DNA of 61,078 nt, counting the filler, from Sphacelaria rigidula (lineage: Eukaryota), in the NCBI GenBank assembly GCA_964200075.2. It is 10 parts of 10 records of this genome, joined end to end, with 100 filler letters (N's around TTAATTAATTAA, not from the genome) between each part and the next. Parts side by side here need not be neighbours in the genome. Positions count along the whole stretch, not along the records: positions 1 to 6,019 come from CAXNAA020022758.1; positions 6,120 to 12,137 come from CAXNAA020022759.1; positions 12,238 to 18,255 come from CAXNAA020022760.1; 7 more parts are not named here. One strand, given 5' to 3'. Made by a program: the position numbers and the translations under genes. Every line of letters begins with the position of its first letter. The first letter of the stretch is position 1. This document shows positions 1 through 12,454 of this stretch, in pieces. The notes under the pieces are model-generated. The model did not search any database. It was not told the origin of the DNA and saw only the letters and a program-made list of their open reading frames with translations.

Positions 1-53
1 AGAAGAACTCGTGAATTTGGTGATTTTGAGTCGTGATGATTTGTCCTAACCTT

Positions 54-145
54 GAAACGTTTCATAGAACGTGTAACGTCTATTACACGTAACGTTATAT
101 GTTACGTCACACGTTACATGAAACGTCATGAACACGTCACATGCT
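54..145. repeat. ACGT-rich low-complexity repeat (part of a dispersed element)
   Basis: Dense ACGT/AACGT/CACGT motifs, similar to 1900-2197 and 6121-6470. Confidence 0.5.
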
Positions 146-1899
146 GTGGTGCAACTTCAAGTTTGCAATGAAATCAAAAATCCTGGAAGATGGTGCTTCA
201 ATAAACACGAGTGAGTTTGAATTACCATGGTATAGATATGGTACTGTTGCAAAAAATTCGCGCTCTCCCCACCACACGTCACAATCATAACATCATGATC
301 ATCTCGACCGCATTCAAGGCTACTTATGTATGAAAAACACGTCGTCAGAAAAACCGTTTCTCAACAGCGCGATTTTCCACATGAATTTTCGAAGTAGCCT
401 TCCTCACGTAATCGACGCGCTGTCAAAATTGGAAACACAGTGCTCATCGTTTTCTATGAGGTGTCCAGGCATAATTTCAAAATCTGGAGCGCGGGAGATA
501 GATGCAGCACTCTGCTGTCGTGTCGTGGTGTACGGTCCGTAGTGACTGTACTACTTTCGTGATACATCGCCTGAGCAATACATGGTGGGCTGCATGACGG
601 AAGACGATCAATACGAACACCGCCTCGCTGTACTAATAACTGACTGTGGAAGTGATGATTGTGCTTTTCACTGCACGGTAGTACTTGACTGAAAGGAAAG
701 CACGGACAAGAGTACACACGACAGTACTGTATTGTATGCATTGGCTGTAAACCTTCTCATGAGATTGAGAATAGAGCGCTGATTGGCGCTGATTTGGAGT
801 CGCTTCATTCAGTCGCTTCAACTCAGCCAATTATTCATTCTGTGTCCACTTTGTCTCCCCTCCATCACTGGCGTGTGCTCAAACCTACACGTCAATATCC
901 TACTCGAGGATATCAAGGGCCTTAGTGGTAAGCTACTACAGAGAGCATATTGCGCCTCGTGGAGGGGCATTTCGGAACTAAAACGGGTAATTCACTAATT
1001 GATCGCCTTTCAGTCTCAATCGTATCCTCTACTGTCAATCTCATAAAAACCTTGTTTGTAGTGACGGCTTGGCTGCCATCATCACTGCTGTCGCTGGTGC
1101 TCGCGAGCAGTCCGCGTTTTGCCTTATTGTCCTTCGCTTGCCAGTAGCGTGATGACCCTTACCCCTTACCCCCATGAGAACAAAACAGGGCAGGGTCCAT
1201 GGTGAGTGCTGACAGACACTCTTTGCGTAGATTGGTTGCGCAGAAATGTAGCTCAGTGCACGTCTGCACGCAGCGTGTTGCAAACGGCTCTCGAATACAG
1301 TATAGACTACCCAGGCTCCCAAGCCCTGTAGATACTACAGCAGTAGCACTACTGCTTAAACTGTGGTATTGTGTGTACGGTCAGTGCGGTCCTGTCTCTA
1401 CAAGTCTTGGGTGCGTGGGCAGTCTGTACTGCATCGCGAGTGCTGTTCGCATCACGCTGCATACACAGACCTGATATGCGAGCTACAGTCCTGTCTGTGC
1501 AAACTACACGCAGAGTGTTTGTACAGCACTCGTCATCGACCCTGCCCTGTGCTGTTATCATGGGGTAAAGAGCTACCATGGTACTGGCGAGCGAAGGACA
1601 AAGAAGCAACACGCTGACTACACGCCAGCACCAGCGACAGCAGCGGTGATGGCAGCCAAGCCACTCATGGCTGCTGTCGTGGGCTGGAGGGTGTGTTGGC
1701 GTGCGGCGGGATTTTAAACGCGTTTTCTGATCGCAGGAAAAGTGGGTTATCAGAAAACGCGTTTTTTTACAGATTTTTCTTTATACATGGGAACCAGGCG
1801 ACGGGTCACCGTCAGCGTCGCGCACACGGTAACATCACGCATTAAACGACACATTACAACGCCTCAAACACTGGTGAATGAGCCGCGACATGCACAAAA

Positions 1900-2197
1900 T
1901 GAAACGCTACATTCGAACGTTACACGTGTCAACGTAACATTATATCAGACGTTACATGTGACGAAACGTGACGTTGAAATTTCATATGAAACGTGAACTT
2001 CACGTTCAAATGTATTTAACGTGACATACGTAACGTGACGTGAACGTGTAACGTGTAGACCCCTAGTTTATGCCAAGGACCACGCGTTACATTTACCCCA
2101 TCAAAAAAATCAAATCTTACGTAGCGTTGAATGACCCACATTTACTTTTTTTCGAGTGTATCACGTAAAAACGTCACGTGTAACGTGTAGACCCCTG
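1900..2197. mobile_element. ACGT-rich non-autonomous element; two adjacent ends ACGTGTAGACCCCT(A/G), hAT-like terminus
   Basis: Same terminus at ~2051-2065 and ~2183-2197. The block CTTACGTAGCGTTGAATG recurs at ~2117 and ~6421. Confidence 0.5.
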
Positions 2198-2485
2198 AAG
2201 AAAAGTGATGTGGAGATGCACACATGGATGCAGTTATGGTGAATTGTCAGGATCAAATAGAGAAGATGGGCGTAATCCTGAGAGATGAGCACCTCGATAC
2301 GAGGATTGGGAAATGCATCCTGATGACTCGACTGCACCGAAGATAAAATATGCAGGGGGGAAGTATGGGAAGGGAACGCGAGGTTGATGAAGCAGCTGAC
2401 AGCAGTACAGATGGCAGCGGCTGAGAAAATACTCGGGATGCTCAAGAACGATGGGTAATACAGTACTGAGGGCAGAATTGGAATT

Positions 2486-2680
2486 CCAGAGAGTACCTGA
2501 ATATCGTCGGCCGACTACGCTGAGGATGTCAGAGAGTACCTGAGGTATCGTCGGCCGACTATGCTGGTTATTCCAGAGAGTGCCTGAATATGTACCACCG
2601 ATCATGCTGAGTACTCCATAAAGTGCCTGAAGTATCGTCGGCCGACTACCCTGAGTATTCCAGAGTGCCCCAAGTACCGA
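2486..2680. repeat. ~43-bp minisatellite, ~4.5 degenerate copies
   Basis: Unit CCAGAGAGTACCTGAA(G)TATCGTCGGCCGACTA.. starts at ~2486, 2529, 2573, 2616 and 2659. Confidence 0.8.
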
Positions 2681-4114
2681 CGGTCGAAATCAAGATTGCA
2701 TCCCCCTCCTGGAATCCGCAACAATACCTGCTGTCCCCACTAGAACCTAAGGTAAACACGAAGGCGAAGCATCATTTCCTCTGTGTGACAGCAGTGAACC
2801 GAGATTCGACGCGCATGTGCGCCGTGATCATATGAACGGCATGCATTCAATCATATCTTGGTTTTGCATACTGACGGCGGTGTTAGCGGTCATTTAAATA
2901 TAATGTCGTATTTCATCAAAATCGGGGTACCTCATGTCGGTATTTTCCACTGTTCGAGGGGTGGCATAATCTCTCAGTTGAGGTAACTCCCCTCCCCCTA
3001 AGCCGAACTCGAACCCTCGGATTGTCCCGAGTGCTCCCATCGTGTGCAGCACGCCTTTCGGCGGCACTCGGCGACGTAGGCGCTGATCTGACCTCTGCTA
3101 ACGCAAATTTTGCTGGGGGCAACATATGCGCACTCCTAGCCCGAGGGGGTTCTGCACGCCTCGGGTGGGGGTTAGGTTTGGGGTTGAGAGTCATATCTCA
3201 AATCCGTCAAACCGTGGTGATATTAGACAATCTCGAATAAACTTGCCTCGCCAATTTTCGTTGCCATAGCTGGCGGCGTATTCGATCCCTGAGTAGTGAG
3301 TTTTTGGGACTCGGAAGGTTGTTCGCCGGGTGTGTCGTGTTCGGGGAAGGAGCTGCTTTGCCACGCGTTCCCCTGTATGGAGCTGTTGGTACTGCCTTCA
3401 TGCACGCCAAAACTAGCCGAAAATGGTATACGGCGTTATCAGAGATGTATACCATCGCCCACGGTATCGCTTGGTATGTTACTTTTTTGTGCACGATTGC
3501 TCCTGCGATAAAGAGTCATGATCAATTCGGGGTCGTGTGTTTGAAGCGCTAGTCACCCTCCCTTTTGACTAACCGATAAGTCATATGATTGCTTGGGAAC
3601 GCGTCGATTCTCACGCAGGGTGATTAAACAGATGAGCGATTCGCGTTTGTTCACATGTAAAACAAGAAGTTGAAGAGCGAACCAGCGCTAATACCCATTG
3701 GGTATTCACCATGTTTCGTTAGTAATGGAGTTACCCAAGTTCAAAACCGTGGAACTCGAGGACCCCGTCCAGCGAGCGTCGACCCCCGGTTTTTGGCTAG
3801 CTTGCACCATCCATGCTGGGACGTGGGCATTGCTCTCTCCCGATCTTGAGGTTACCGAGGTCGCATGAAGAATATCGTTTGTCTTCTGTCCGTTAGTGTT
3901 TTTATTCAACCTCACGGTGTTAATGAAATTTGCTGCTGGGTGCTTGTGTCTCACGTATCGACATAATCTCTGTGGCTGCACAAGAACTGAAGTTCATATT
4001 GGCGCGCACTGTACCTGCCCGTACCGCCTAAATATATATTTTTTTCCGCTTATGAAGGCCCAGATCTGGCTCTGGGGCGTCCCCTTTTCCTTCTTTCTTT
4101 TTTCTACCGTTTCA

Positions 4115-4372
4115 CGGTTCGGACTCATTATGGCTGGTTCAAACCACCAAATCCACGATTTTTCAGGCCTGATTGCCCATGAAGGGAGAAAAAAAATTGA
4201 CTGCTGTTCGAGAAGGTCTCCACGCATTTTTTGCGCCATTTCACGTGCCTAGATTGCGCATACCTGGGTTGCAGCGCTGAAAACAAAGCCTGAGGATTGA
4301 TTCGTACGGTAGGAATCAATTACACTGAAATAAAGTGATTTCCAAACGAATCAGTAATTCGTCCGACCCTTG
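4115..4372. mobile_element. Dispersed repeat end (..GTCCGACCCTTG, hAT-like), homologous to 49450-49706
   Basis: About 250 bp align by eye between two different scaffolds, e.g. CTGGGTTGCARCGCTGAAAACAAAGCCTSAGGATTGATTC. Confidence 0.65.
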
Positions 4373-4609
4373 CACCGTTTGCTCGCGATTCCACTGTCAC
4401 TTTCATGTGTTGACAACGTTACCACCCCGTGTATGGTACAGTACCGTACACCAGCACGAGGCGAACTTTTTTAGGGACCAAAACTCATCATAGTACACCC
4501 CGGTACAGTACTGCAGGTGCCGGTGCGGTGCCGAAAAAGATGGACAGCTGACCACCTGGGAAAGGTGTTGAGGGTTGAGGGTGTTCAGTGCTGGGTTAAT
4601 TTTAACCCC

Positions 4610-4832
4610 CACCCACAAAATTCGACTCCACGGTCGACGAGGGAAAGAGACTACTGAACCCCTCTCGCGATAAAAAACTAGAAGGCAAGCACCGCGGAAG
4701 GAAGGTGGAGAACTAAAAAAACAAAAACAAAATGTGTTGGCTTCCTTCTGTGTGTGACCCCCGGTTGGTGTGCCCACATATACCGAAAGATGAAGACCAG
4801 CGTCCAGAAAAGATGGGACGACGACACACACC
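4610..4832 (+). mobile_element. tRNA-derived SINE, 5'-truncated copy
   Basis: Matches the reverse complement of the body of 8058-8419 and ends in an ACGACACACAC tail. Confidence 0.8.
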
Positions 4833-6019
4833 ACCACACTCCATCCCACCCCGTGGCGAACCAGGATGGGGACAAGGGATGCACAAAGGTCATCTTGTGA
4901 TGTCTGGAAGAAACGTAACGATAGCTGAGCACGCCCCCCCCTCCCCATCCCGCCGGCTTTATCGTCACGATAAACAATACCCGGAAACAAACAGGTGGAT
5001 GGTTTGTCTACCCGTTCGTGATGGAAATTTACGAGGAGTTCCAGCAAGATTGGAGGGACCAAGAAGATGCTATTCGCCTGGCCATGGAAGAAGCTGCGGA
5101 GGAAGAGGCCGAGAGGGCAAGGGCCGCGGCCGCAGCTCAGGAAGGCTAAGCCGCCAGCGGGGCCGGCGCGGGGGGATATAATTGTTGTCGAGGGGATAGG
5201 GGTTTTGCCGACAGGAGGGTGGTGGGGGATGAGATTCTCAGTGAACTCCCTCCTTCACACGAGATGGTGCTTCAGACCTTGGATCTCTCCATCATGCTTG
5301 TACCCACGTATCCCCATCCTGAGGAAGGGGCGTCGTTGTTGGCGAGGTGCCGGGGCGGGAGGGGTACAGTCGGGATTTCCCTCTGTGATGTTACTCGAAT
5401 TTTGCCGTACAAGGATGCGTCTAAGATTCAGCAGCTGCGATGTAACGTCTAAGTCAGTATCTCTAGCCTCAACGGAATGGCGATAGGGGTAGGGTGTGCG
5501 GGAGCATCTTTTGGGTGTTCACCAATGCTTCAGCCAAATATATCGTTCTCTGGTTTTTTATCGAATTGAATATACGTTGTATTTTCCCCTCTCCCCCTTA
5601 CCCACTAGCAATTCTTCAAAAAAAACCTCCCCCACCGCTCCCACCCTCTCCTTCGTCCTNNNNNNNNNNTGAATATACCTTTTATTTTCCCCCCCCCCCC
5701 GGACCCTGAGCCAAGTCTGCACGGCCCCCCCCCCCCCCCTGCAGCATTTGCCATTTCTTTTTGTACTCGTGTTTCAGCCGTTGCACCTGTTGTTACCTAT
5801 ACAAACGCACTGGCAATAGCTACAAGTAATGGTGCCGTTGCCAAGCGAGGTAACTTTACACTATGCGATAAACCTTGCCGATCAACAACCCATTCATATT
5901 TTGATGCATCATGACACCCCACCACGTCAAATCATTATCCTCGTACTTTTTCGGAGGGAGAAAGGGGTGTACTCATGATGATGTATGCCATAGTCATGAG
6001 ACCATTGACCTCGCATCCC

Positions 6020-6119
6020 NNNNNNNNNNNNNNNNNNNNNNNNNNNNNNNNNNNNNNNNNNNNTTAATTAATTAANNNNNNNNNNNNNNNNNNNNNNNNN
6101 NNNNNNNNNNNNNNNNNNN
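6020..6119. other. Artificial scaffold linker (44N-TTAATTAATTAA-44N)
   Basis: Identical 100-bp linker with stop codons in all six frames, recurring every 6117-6118 bp. Confidence 0.98.
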
Positions 6120-6120
6120 T

Positions 6121-6470
6121 CAAAAACACGTAACTTTGGGTCATTCAACGCTACGGAAGATTTGATTTTTTGGGTGGGACATATGTAACGTAACGTGATG
6201 TAACGTGTGGTCCTTCGCATGACTAAGCTCACGTTGCGTTTTACTTTCCAAATGTGACGAAAACTCTGCTTGTTCTCGTGAATATGTAACGTGTCACGTG
6301 TCACGTTAAAAATTCACAAAAATAGCCTTTTTCACACCTGGAAATCACCAGTAGAGACTGCTTCAAGGTCCACATGTTACATGACGTTACGTTGCATTTG
6401 TCCCGTCCGAACAATCAAACCTTACGTAGCGTTGAATGGCCCAAATTTACGTTTTTTCCCGGTTTTCGTG
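6121..6470. mobile_element. ACGT-rich element with inverted arms (same family as 1900-2197)
   Basis: GGGTCATTCAACGCTACGGAAG (~6139) is the inverted match of CTTACGTAGCGTTGAATGGCCC (~6421). Confidence 0.55.
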
Positions 6471-8057
6471 TAAAATTCAGGCTCATCCTGCGGTCCGGTA
6501 ATTCGCGCCCATACACTGTACTCGAGTGATTCATTCTCCTGGTGCAGATGTGTTTAAGTCGCCAATCCAGTTGGCATCATTGCAGAGTAGTTCGAGCAAA
6601 TGTCCAAGCTCAGTTTGTACTCCACGCTTGTATGTCTCGCGGGTGAAGTGTCTTGTTCGCGTGCATAGATTAAGATCACGTAGTTATTCGCAGCATAAAT
6701 CGAGCAATCATTCGCGTTACACTAAAATTAAGTGGTTGGGTAAAGCCCTGCACCGCGAATCCCATCCCCCGTACCCCCCTCTTCCTTGCCCACCCATCGA
6801 AGTGAGACATTCTTGAGCTTGTTCCTGGTGCTTTGCCCTGTCGTGTACACCCCATCTGGGATATGGAAATCCGACTGAGATATCAGATCCATCTGAGATA
6901 TACATCCGGGATTTAGACATCCCTCCGGGATATCCCAGATGTTTGTCCATATCTCAGACGGATCTCTTAGGGGGACATCCACATCCCCAGTGGATATCGT
7001 AGTTAGGTCCGATATCGCAAATGAACGTCCTTCTGAGACATTCACCCCACCCCCCTAGATGAAGGTTCCTTTAACTGTAGTTGACTATCCTTCAATGAGC
7101 TACACCTAATGCACGCAACGTTTTAGCCACCACGCCGGAGTGATCTAATGTCACACGTACGACCTGCAGCCACAAGGTCGGCAAAATGCAGGTTTGATTT
7201 CCGGCAAATGCGTTGTTGAAAACATGAGGACGCGAGTAGCGAAAATTTGACGAGAGTCGACGCGGTTGGGGAGGGAGTGTATGGTCATGATCCAGTCCGC
7301 GATACCAAAGCATAAGGCGTGCACTCCAGGAAAGGTGGGTTAGTTCCTTGAGGTGGCGGACGCGTCCCGAGGAAGGGTAGGGGTTGAAAGTTTGCCGAAG
7401 AAGAAAATGTGCGCGGTTTTGTATGTGCCACCAACCCTCTGTACGTACTGTATGTTCATGTTGGGGCATCTGCAGTACCTGTGAACAAAAATTCCCAATG
7501 ATATGTGCACACTTGCGGAGATATGCCCAACCCGCCATTCATTCTATGCTTGCTCCTGATGAGTCTGGCGGCTGCGCCTACTTTTCATGATAATGTCGCA
7601 ATCCCACATGTTGATGCGATCTTGTGCGTGCTCCAGCATCACGTACACTGTTGTGGGGGTTTGCGGCCGAACACTTGATTTTTTCGATTTTGTTGCCTTT
7701 TGTCGTGTGTTGCAACGAAAATATCACGCTGACAAGGTGACCAAACCGAGGCAAAAGAGCTTGGAGGTTATGGAGGAAGGAATGAGGTGAGTAGCTGTAC
7801 TCGTGTTTTCGAGCTCGCGTCTTTGTGACTCCGCCCGCACATATTATGCAATAGCGAGATGCCTATTTCTTATTGGGGCGTCTTGAGGCCAACGTAGCCC
7901 ACATCTTGCGAGGCAAGGATCTTGTAGCATGCTAACCGAGTCACTACCGTACCGTGCGTCAAATCGGCATGCCTGTTCAGTGCCTTTGTCAATTTTATTC
8001 ACTTGAGTGGGCTATCTTGTCCTGGATGTATTCCTTGAGGAGAAAATTCAACCAAGG

Positions 8058-8419
8058 TGTGTGTGTTGTCGTCCCATCTATTCTGGACGCCAGTCTACAC
8101 CTGTCGGTATATGTGGGCACACCAGCCGAGGTCACACAGGAGGAAGGTCAACACAGAAGCTTTGGCTTTTCTATTTGGTTCAGCTCTCCACCTTCCGTCG
8201 GCGGTGCTTACCTTATTTGTTCTATCGAGAGAGGGGGTCAGCAATCCCTTTTCCTCGTCGACCCTGAAGTCGAATTTTGTGTACCCACTACATAGTCGCT
8301 CTCCACTGTTGGGCATTGCGTGAGAAAAAATCTCAGATCGTGTGACTGCACCGAGCTTCGAATCCACGACCCAACCGTCAGAGGGTTTCGAGGTTACCAA
8401 CTGAGCCACCGGGGCGACC
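8058..8419 (-). mobile_element. Full-length tRNA-derived SINE (~360 bp)
   Basis: The minus strand begins GGTCGCCCCGGTGGCTCAGTTGGTAACC (Pol III A box), has a B-box-like GGATTCGAAGC, then a conserved body and a (CA)n tail. Seven copies are in the window. Confidence 0.88.
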
Positions 8420-8620
8420 GGTCTTGAAGATACCGATGGGAATTTTGACTCCGCGAACGAAACGAGCGCTCACGCTGCTGTTTCTGCGGGAGCGGGAGCT
8501 TCAAACGGCGCACCCGAGGATGGAGTGCCAGTGCCTCAAATGCGACACGCCCCGTACACACCATACCTAAACAAACACATCACACCTCGTACCCACACCA
8601 TACGTGATACACACTCGCAG

Positions 8621-8667
8621 AAATTCTGGGACACACTACCACCTACTGGGTTTTCGATCCCTAAGCG
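8621..8667 (+). CDS. SAM methyltransferase gene, probable upstream exon (KFWDTLPPTGFSIPK-R)
   Basis: CAG acceptor and GTGGGT donor. The phase-2 end joins the next exon to give R-YWDRRF. Confidence 0.6.
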
Positions 8668-8802
8668 GTGGGTGCACGCTCTCTTCTTCGCGCAGCCATT
8701 TCAAAAATGTGTGTTTGAAGCATGCGTCGTAGGTTCTGCATTTCGAGCGTTTAATGACATACGCCCCCGTTTTCGTTACTTCTTTTTTTTCGTCGTGAAA
8801 AG

Positions 8803-8911
8803 ATATTGGGATCGGCGCTTCGAAGCGGAGGAGACCTTCGACTGGTTCTGCGGTTCCGACGAAATAGTCACGGCTATGCGCAGGCATTGCACCACGGCCG
8901 ACCGCATTATG
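8803..8911 (+). CDS. EEF1AKMT4/METTL13-like methyltransferase exon (YWDRRFEAEETFDWF...RIM)
   Basis: Family motif YWDxR(Y/F)...FDWF. AAG acceptor, GTACGA donor. Confidence 0.85.
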
Positions 8912-9505
8912 GTACGATCATGGCGACCAGCGGCCCGCATGCCGCACGGAAACATTCACCCAAATTGAGTTCAGTATAACTCACTCACCTTGGAAACGTT
9001 TACCCCCTCTGCCACAGTACAGTAGTACTAACGCCTTCATGAGGAAGGCATACGGTCTGCGTATAGGGCTGACATCAAGTTTCGAGATATGGTTGAATTT
9101 CGGGTTTAGGCCGTGTTACTCAACTCGGTGTCTCGACTAGCAGCAAATATTCCGTACCATGCCGTGCTCGTGGCATTGTGCTGGATTTCGACCCAAACTC
9201 AGTTGTTTCTCTCGCATGATTATCACCATGATCTCGACAAGGCGCTGTCGATGCGTGTACGCGCTCTGTCGTCGGTGTCCCGTGTTTCTCGTCGGTGTCC
9301 CATGTTTTGTCCTCCGTTGTCGATAGTTACGGGCAGGAGACGCGAAAGTAGGATTTCATACCCTTACTCTCGTGTGTCGTCAGGATGATCAAAGATATTC
9401 GCAAACACGAAAGCCATGGCTAAGCAGAAAACGTAACGCCCTGATCTTCCACCCTGAACCCCTGCGGTTACTCTTTGTGTATTCCCCGCTGTCTCTGCCC
9501 TTGAG

Positions 9506-9589
9506 GTGACTGGCTGTGGAAACAGCAAGCTCAGTTTCGATCTGGATGCGGCGGGGTTCCACGCTTTGCTTTCCACGGATTTCTCTAAG
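9506..9589 (+). CDS. Methyltransferase exon with SAM-binding motif I (VTGCGNSKLSFDL...STDFSK)
   Basis: GCGNS motif I and the post-I acidic DFS. 84 nt, phase 0, GTATTT donor. Confidence 0.9.
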
Positions 9590-10031
9590 GTATTTACGTC
9601 GTTCGTGCACGCAAGACCACTACGACACTCCACCAAAACAAAATTCACTGTCCACACTACCATGAGTCGGCCGAACCCATGCCGAGTTGGACGATACCTA
9701 CTTTCAGCCCATGTACAGGCGATTTTTGTTTTTGCAGCTTTCTTGTGATTGCAACCCGGCCGCTCCGTTCGCTCCATGTGTTCGGGTCGGAATGTGTCAC
9801 TGCCGAAATGTTTTCGAAGTAGATCGCCGGGTTTCACCTGGTGCCTGTAATTGTAGAATTGACAGATATTTGGGCGGGAAAAGGCGCCCTCTGTCAGTAC
9901 ATGCAGTCATCTGAGTTTGGAATTACGAATGCACACGTTGCAAGGCATGCCTCGTAGGGTGAAGCAAATCACTATTTGTCTTCCGTGCTTGAAGTTCATT
10001 GTGCTAATGCCCTGCAACAATTTGATGTCAG

Positions 10032-10151
10032 GTGGTTATTGACAGCATGCGCGCTCGCTACCCCCACCTGGAATATGATGTTGAGGACTGCACTACAATG
10101 GGTGGACAAGGCGATGGGTCATTTCAAGCTGTTGTTGACAAAGGACTGCTG
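10032..10151 (+). CDS. Methyltransferase exon (VVIDSMRARYPHLEY...SFQAVVDKGLL)
   Basis: Motif II SFxxVxDKG. CAG acceptor, GTACGC donor, 120 nt. Confidence 0.9.
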
Positions 10152-10409
10152 GTACGCGCACTTTCCGTTATTACGAAGCCTACCGACACCCGGCATCTCT
10201 ATCTGAGGTGTATGGGAGATAATTTTGGTGCCAAAAAAGATGCATGGTCAGTTGCGGCGTGGGCGGTATTCCCCGTTTGAAAATAAGAAACGACCATCTG
10301 CCACAAGGATATAGTGACAGGGGACACTTGCAAAACACGCTTTCTCCCGACCCCGCCACCGCTTTATACGCTGAATGTGATTTGTTTCCCCTGATGACGG
10401 ATGCTACAG

Positions 10410-10517
10410 GACACTCTCCTTCAAAAGCCGTTTGCGGAGAGAATCGACGAGGAGGACGCGTGGCTGCTACCTGAGGAGTGCAAGCAGGATGGGCCAGTCC
10501 ATCGGTACTTGGATCAG
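10410..10517 (+). CDS. Methyltransferase exon (DTLLQKPFAE...VHRYLDQ), apparent GC donor
   Basis: Completes DKGLL-DTLL. It stays in frame with the next exon only if spliced at CAG|GCGCGT. Confidence 0.75.
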
Positions 10518-10900
10518 GCGCGTTAAATTAACGATCTCACCCTTACTGGCTTCTCCTGGTATTTTCTTCCATACCTGCACTCTCGTCGTGTACGCACGAA
10601 ATGAATCTTTCGTGGATGTACCCGGACTATGATCCTGGCAATTTGCGACGAGTCTCATCGCCCCCTCTGTCTCAAATAACCCGTCTCGTTGTCGCTTCAA
10701 GTTCGGTGCGTTCTTACTTCGGCAGCAGTTGTGCTATCCTCAAGTGCTACTTGCGTTGCTGACGACTGGCGTGTTACAATCTGTGCGAACAGAATCATAT
10801 CTACGACTACTAAAATTTTCCCAGTCTCGTCGTTGCCGGCTGTACCAGAGGGGTTGCTTGACGTGTCCATACTTCTTCTCGCCTTGTTGTCTTCCTTCAG

Positions 10901-11128
10901 GTGCATCGCCTGCTAGCGCCGAACGGCCTGTTCTTTCTCGCGACTCTCGGCAGTAAGACCAATCGGTTGCCGTTTTTCGAGTCATCACTGTGGTCACGCC
11001 GAAATACGGAAAAAGAGGCCACTGATCAGGCCGAAGAAGACGTGGGAGGTCAGTGGGAGGTGGTTGAGGTTCTTCAGATCTTACAGTCGGCGGATGCCCT
11101 CGCTTCTGGAAATGATCACGGCACCCAG
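10901..11128 (+). CDS. Methyltransferase exon with motif III (VHRLLAPNGLFFLATLG..RLPFF)
   Basis: RxLxPxG motif III, polypyrimidine-CAG acceptor, probable CAG|GTGAAA donor. The 3' boundary is less certain. Confidence 0.8.
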
Positions 11129-11157
11129 GTGAAAAAATGCAAGTACATGTGCAGTGC

Positions 11158-11476
11158 TATGTTGTCATCCCATCTATTCTGGACGCCGGCCTACACATTT
11201 CGGTGTATGTGGGCGCACCAGCCGGGGTCACACAGGAGGGAGGCCAACACAGGAGCTTTTTTTGACGATTTATTTTTAGTACCCCACCTTCCTTCTGCGG
11301 TGCTTTCCTTTATTTTTTATCGCGAGAGGGGTTTAGCTGTCCCTTTCCATCGTCGACCGTGAGTCGAATTTTGTGTACCCACGACATAGTCNNNNNNNNN
11401 NATCGCTACGAGATTTGAACCCACGACCCAACCGTCAGAAGGTTTCGAGGTTACCAACTGAGCCACCAGGGTAACC
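11158..11476 (-). mobile_element. tRNA-derived SINE copy with an internal 10-N gap
   Basis: Homologous to 8058-8419, including A box and GGGTTCAAATC B box on the minus strand. Confidence 0.85.
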
Positions 11477-12137
11477 AGTATTGAACATGAAAGACAGTCA
11501 GGGTCGAACACCGAAAACGTCGTTTTTGTCAAACGAACTATCAGAGCCGGGGACTGCCAAGGAGAGTGTACTGCATGATGATGCAGGTACGCATACAAAA
11601 GCATAGACTATTCGGTAGGATCGCAAAATAGCCTCTGCTCTAATCAGTGCTGCTGCAGTATCATGTAGCCGTTTCTTCATACATCACCCTTCTTATGTTG
11701 TAGCTGCGTGTGGAATCCCCTTCGAGATGACAACCCTTCCTTAGTGGGACCTATTCCCTGTCCCCGGACTGTCGCTTCCGTCTGTCGACTCGTTCAACGC
11801 AGGTCAACCTGTATATCATTGGGAGTGTTTCTCGCGAAAAATGAAAAAAATGGTGAGCTACAGCTTGGGGATTACCAGCCGCGAAGGCCAACGGTGAAAT
11901 TTCTCCGACTGGAGGTCTGGCGCTCACGGAGTGAAGCTCGTTGCAATCGGCACGTGTTCAAGCATCAGACGGTTACCGTCTGAAACAACAGCAACCAATT
12001 TGCCACGCAAATCTCATTCGTATGATCGAACAACATTGATTATTATGTCCACGACCGTGCAACAGCTGAGGGGGGGGGGCGGGGCGCGCGCGCGGGGGGG
12101 GGGCGAAGATTCCGAGGGCCGGGGAAATCACTATTGG

Positions 12138-12237
12138 NNNNNNNNNNNNNNNNNNNNNNNNNNNNNNNNNNNNNNNNNNNNTTAATTAATTAANNNNNNN
12201 NNNNNNNNNNNNNNNNNNNNNNNNNNNNNNNNNNNNN
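12138..12237. other. Artificial scaffold linker
   Basis: 44N-TTAATTAATTAA-44N. Confidence 0.98.
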
Positions 12238-12294
12238 AGCCCCCGAACCAGACAAAATTTCGCGAAAAAAGTGCACCCCTACCGTAGCATTGGT
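12238..12294 (+). mobile_element. Right end of an AG...CT MITE, truncated by the scaffold start
   Basis: GAACCAGACAAAATTTCGCGAAAAAAGTGCACCCCTACCGTAGCATTG is identical to 44360-44407. Confidence 0.8.
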
Positions 12295-12454
12295 CTCGTT
12301 GCATTTGACACCCACGCCATCAACCGCCGACCGCAAAGGTCTTGTGGCTTTCAAGCAGCGCTGGCGGCAGTACTACCGGCGAACCGGATCATAGCTAGCT
12401 TTTGTCGCTCTACTGGACTGGCTTGCGTGTACACAGAGGTCACCCGGCGTAGCA

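Noticed and set aside
2486..2680. CRISPR-like array
   Set aside because: The whole units are homologous, there are no unique spacers or cas genes, and the context is eukaryotic; it is a minisatellite.
2930..3235. Degenerate inverted repeat with telomere-like hexamers
   Set aside because: The arms are too diverged to define termini or a TSD, and there is only one copy in the window.
6064..6075. Periodic TTAATTAATTAA motif as a biological repeat
   Set aside because: It is always centred in 44+44 Ns, so it is a synthetic six-frame-stop linker.
7555..7590. Hammerhead ribozyme cores at CTGATGA sites (also ~2320, 10391, 28121, 58378)
   Set aside because: No stem II followed by GAAA could be built by eye. 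A covariance-model scan would be definitive.
8340..8419. Functional tRNA gene (also ~11400-11476 and 54691-54765)
   Set aside because: A and B boxes are present but there is no consistent cloverleaf. The head is always fused to the same body and is divergent between copies, so it is a SINE head.
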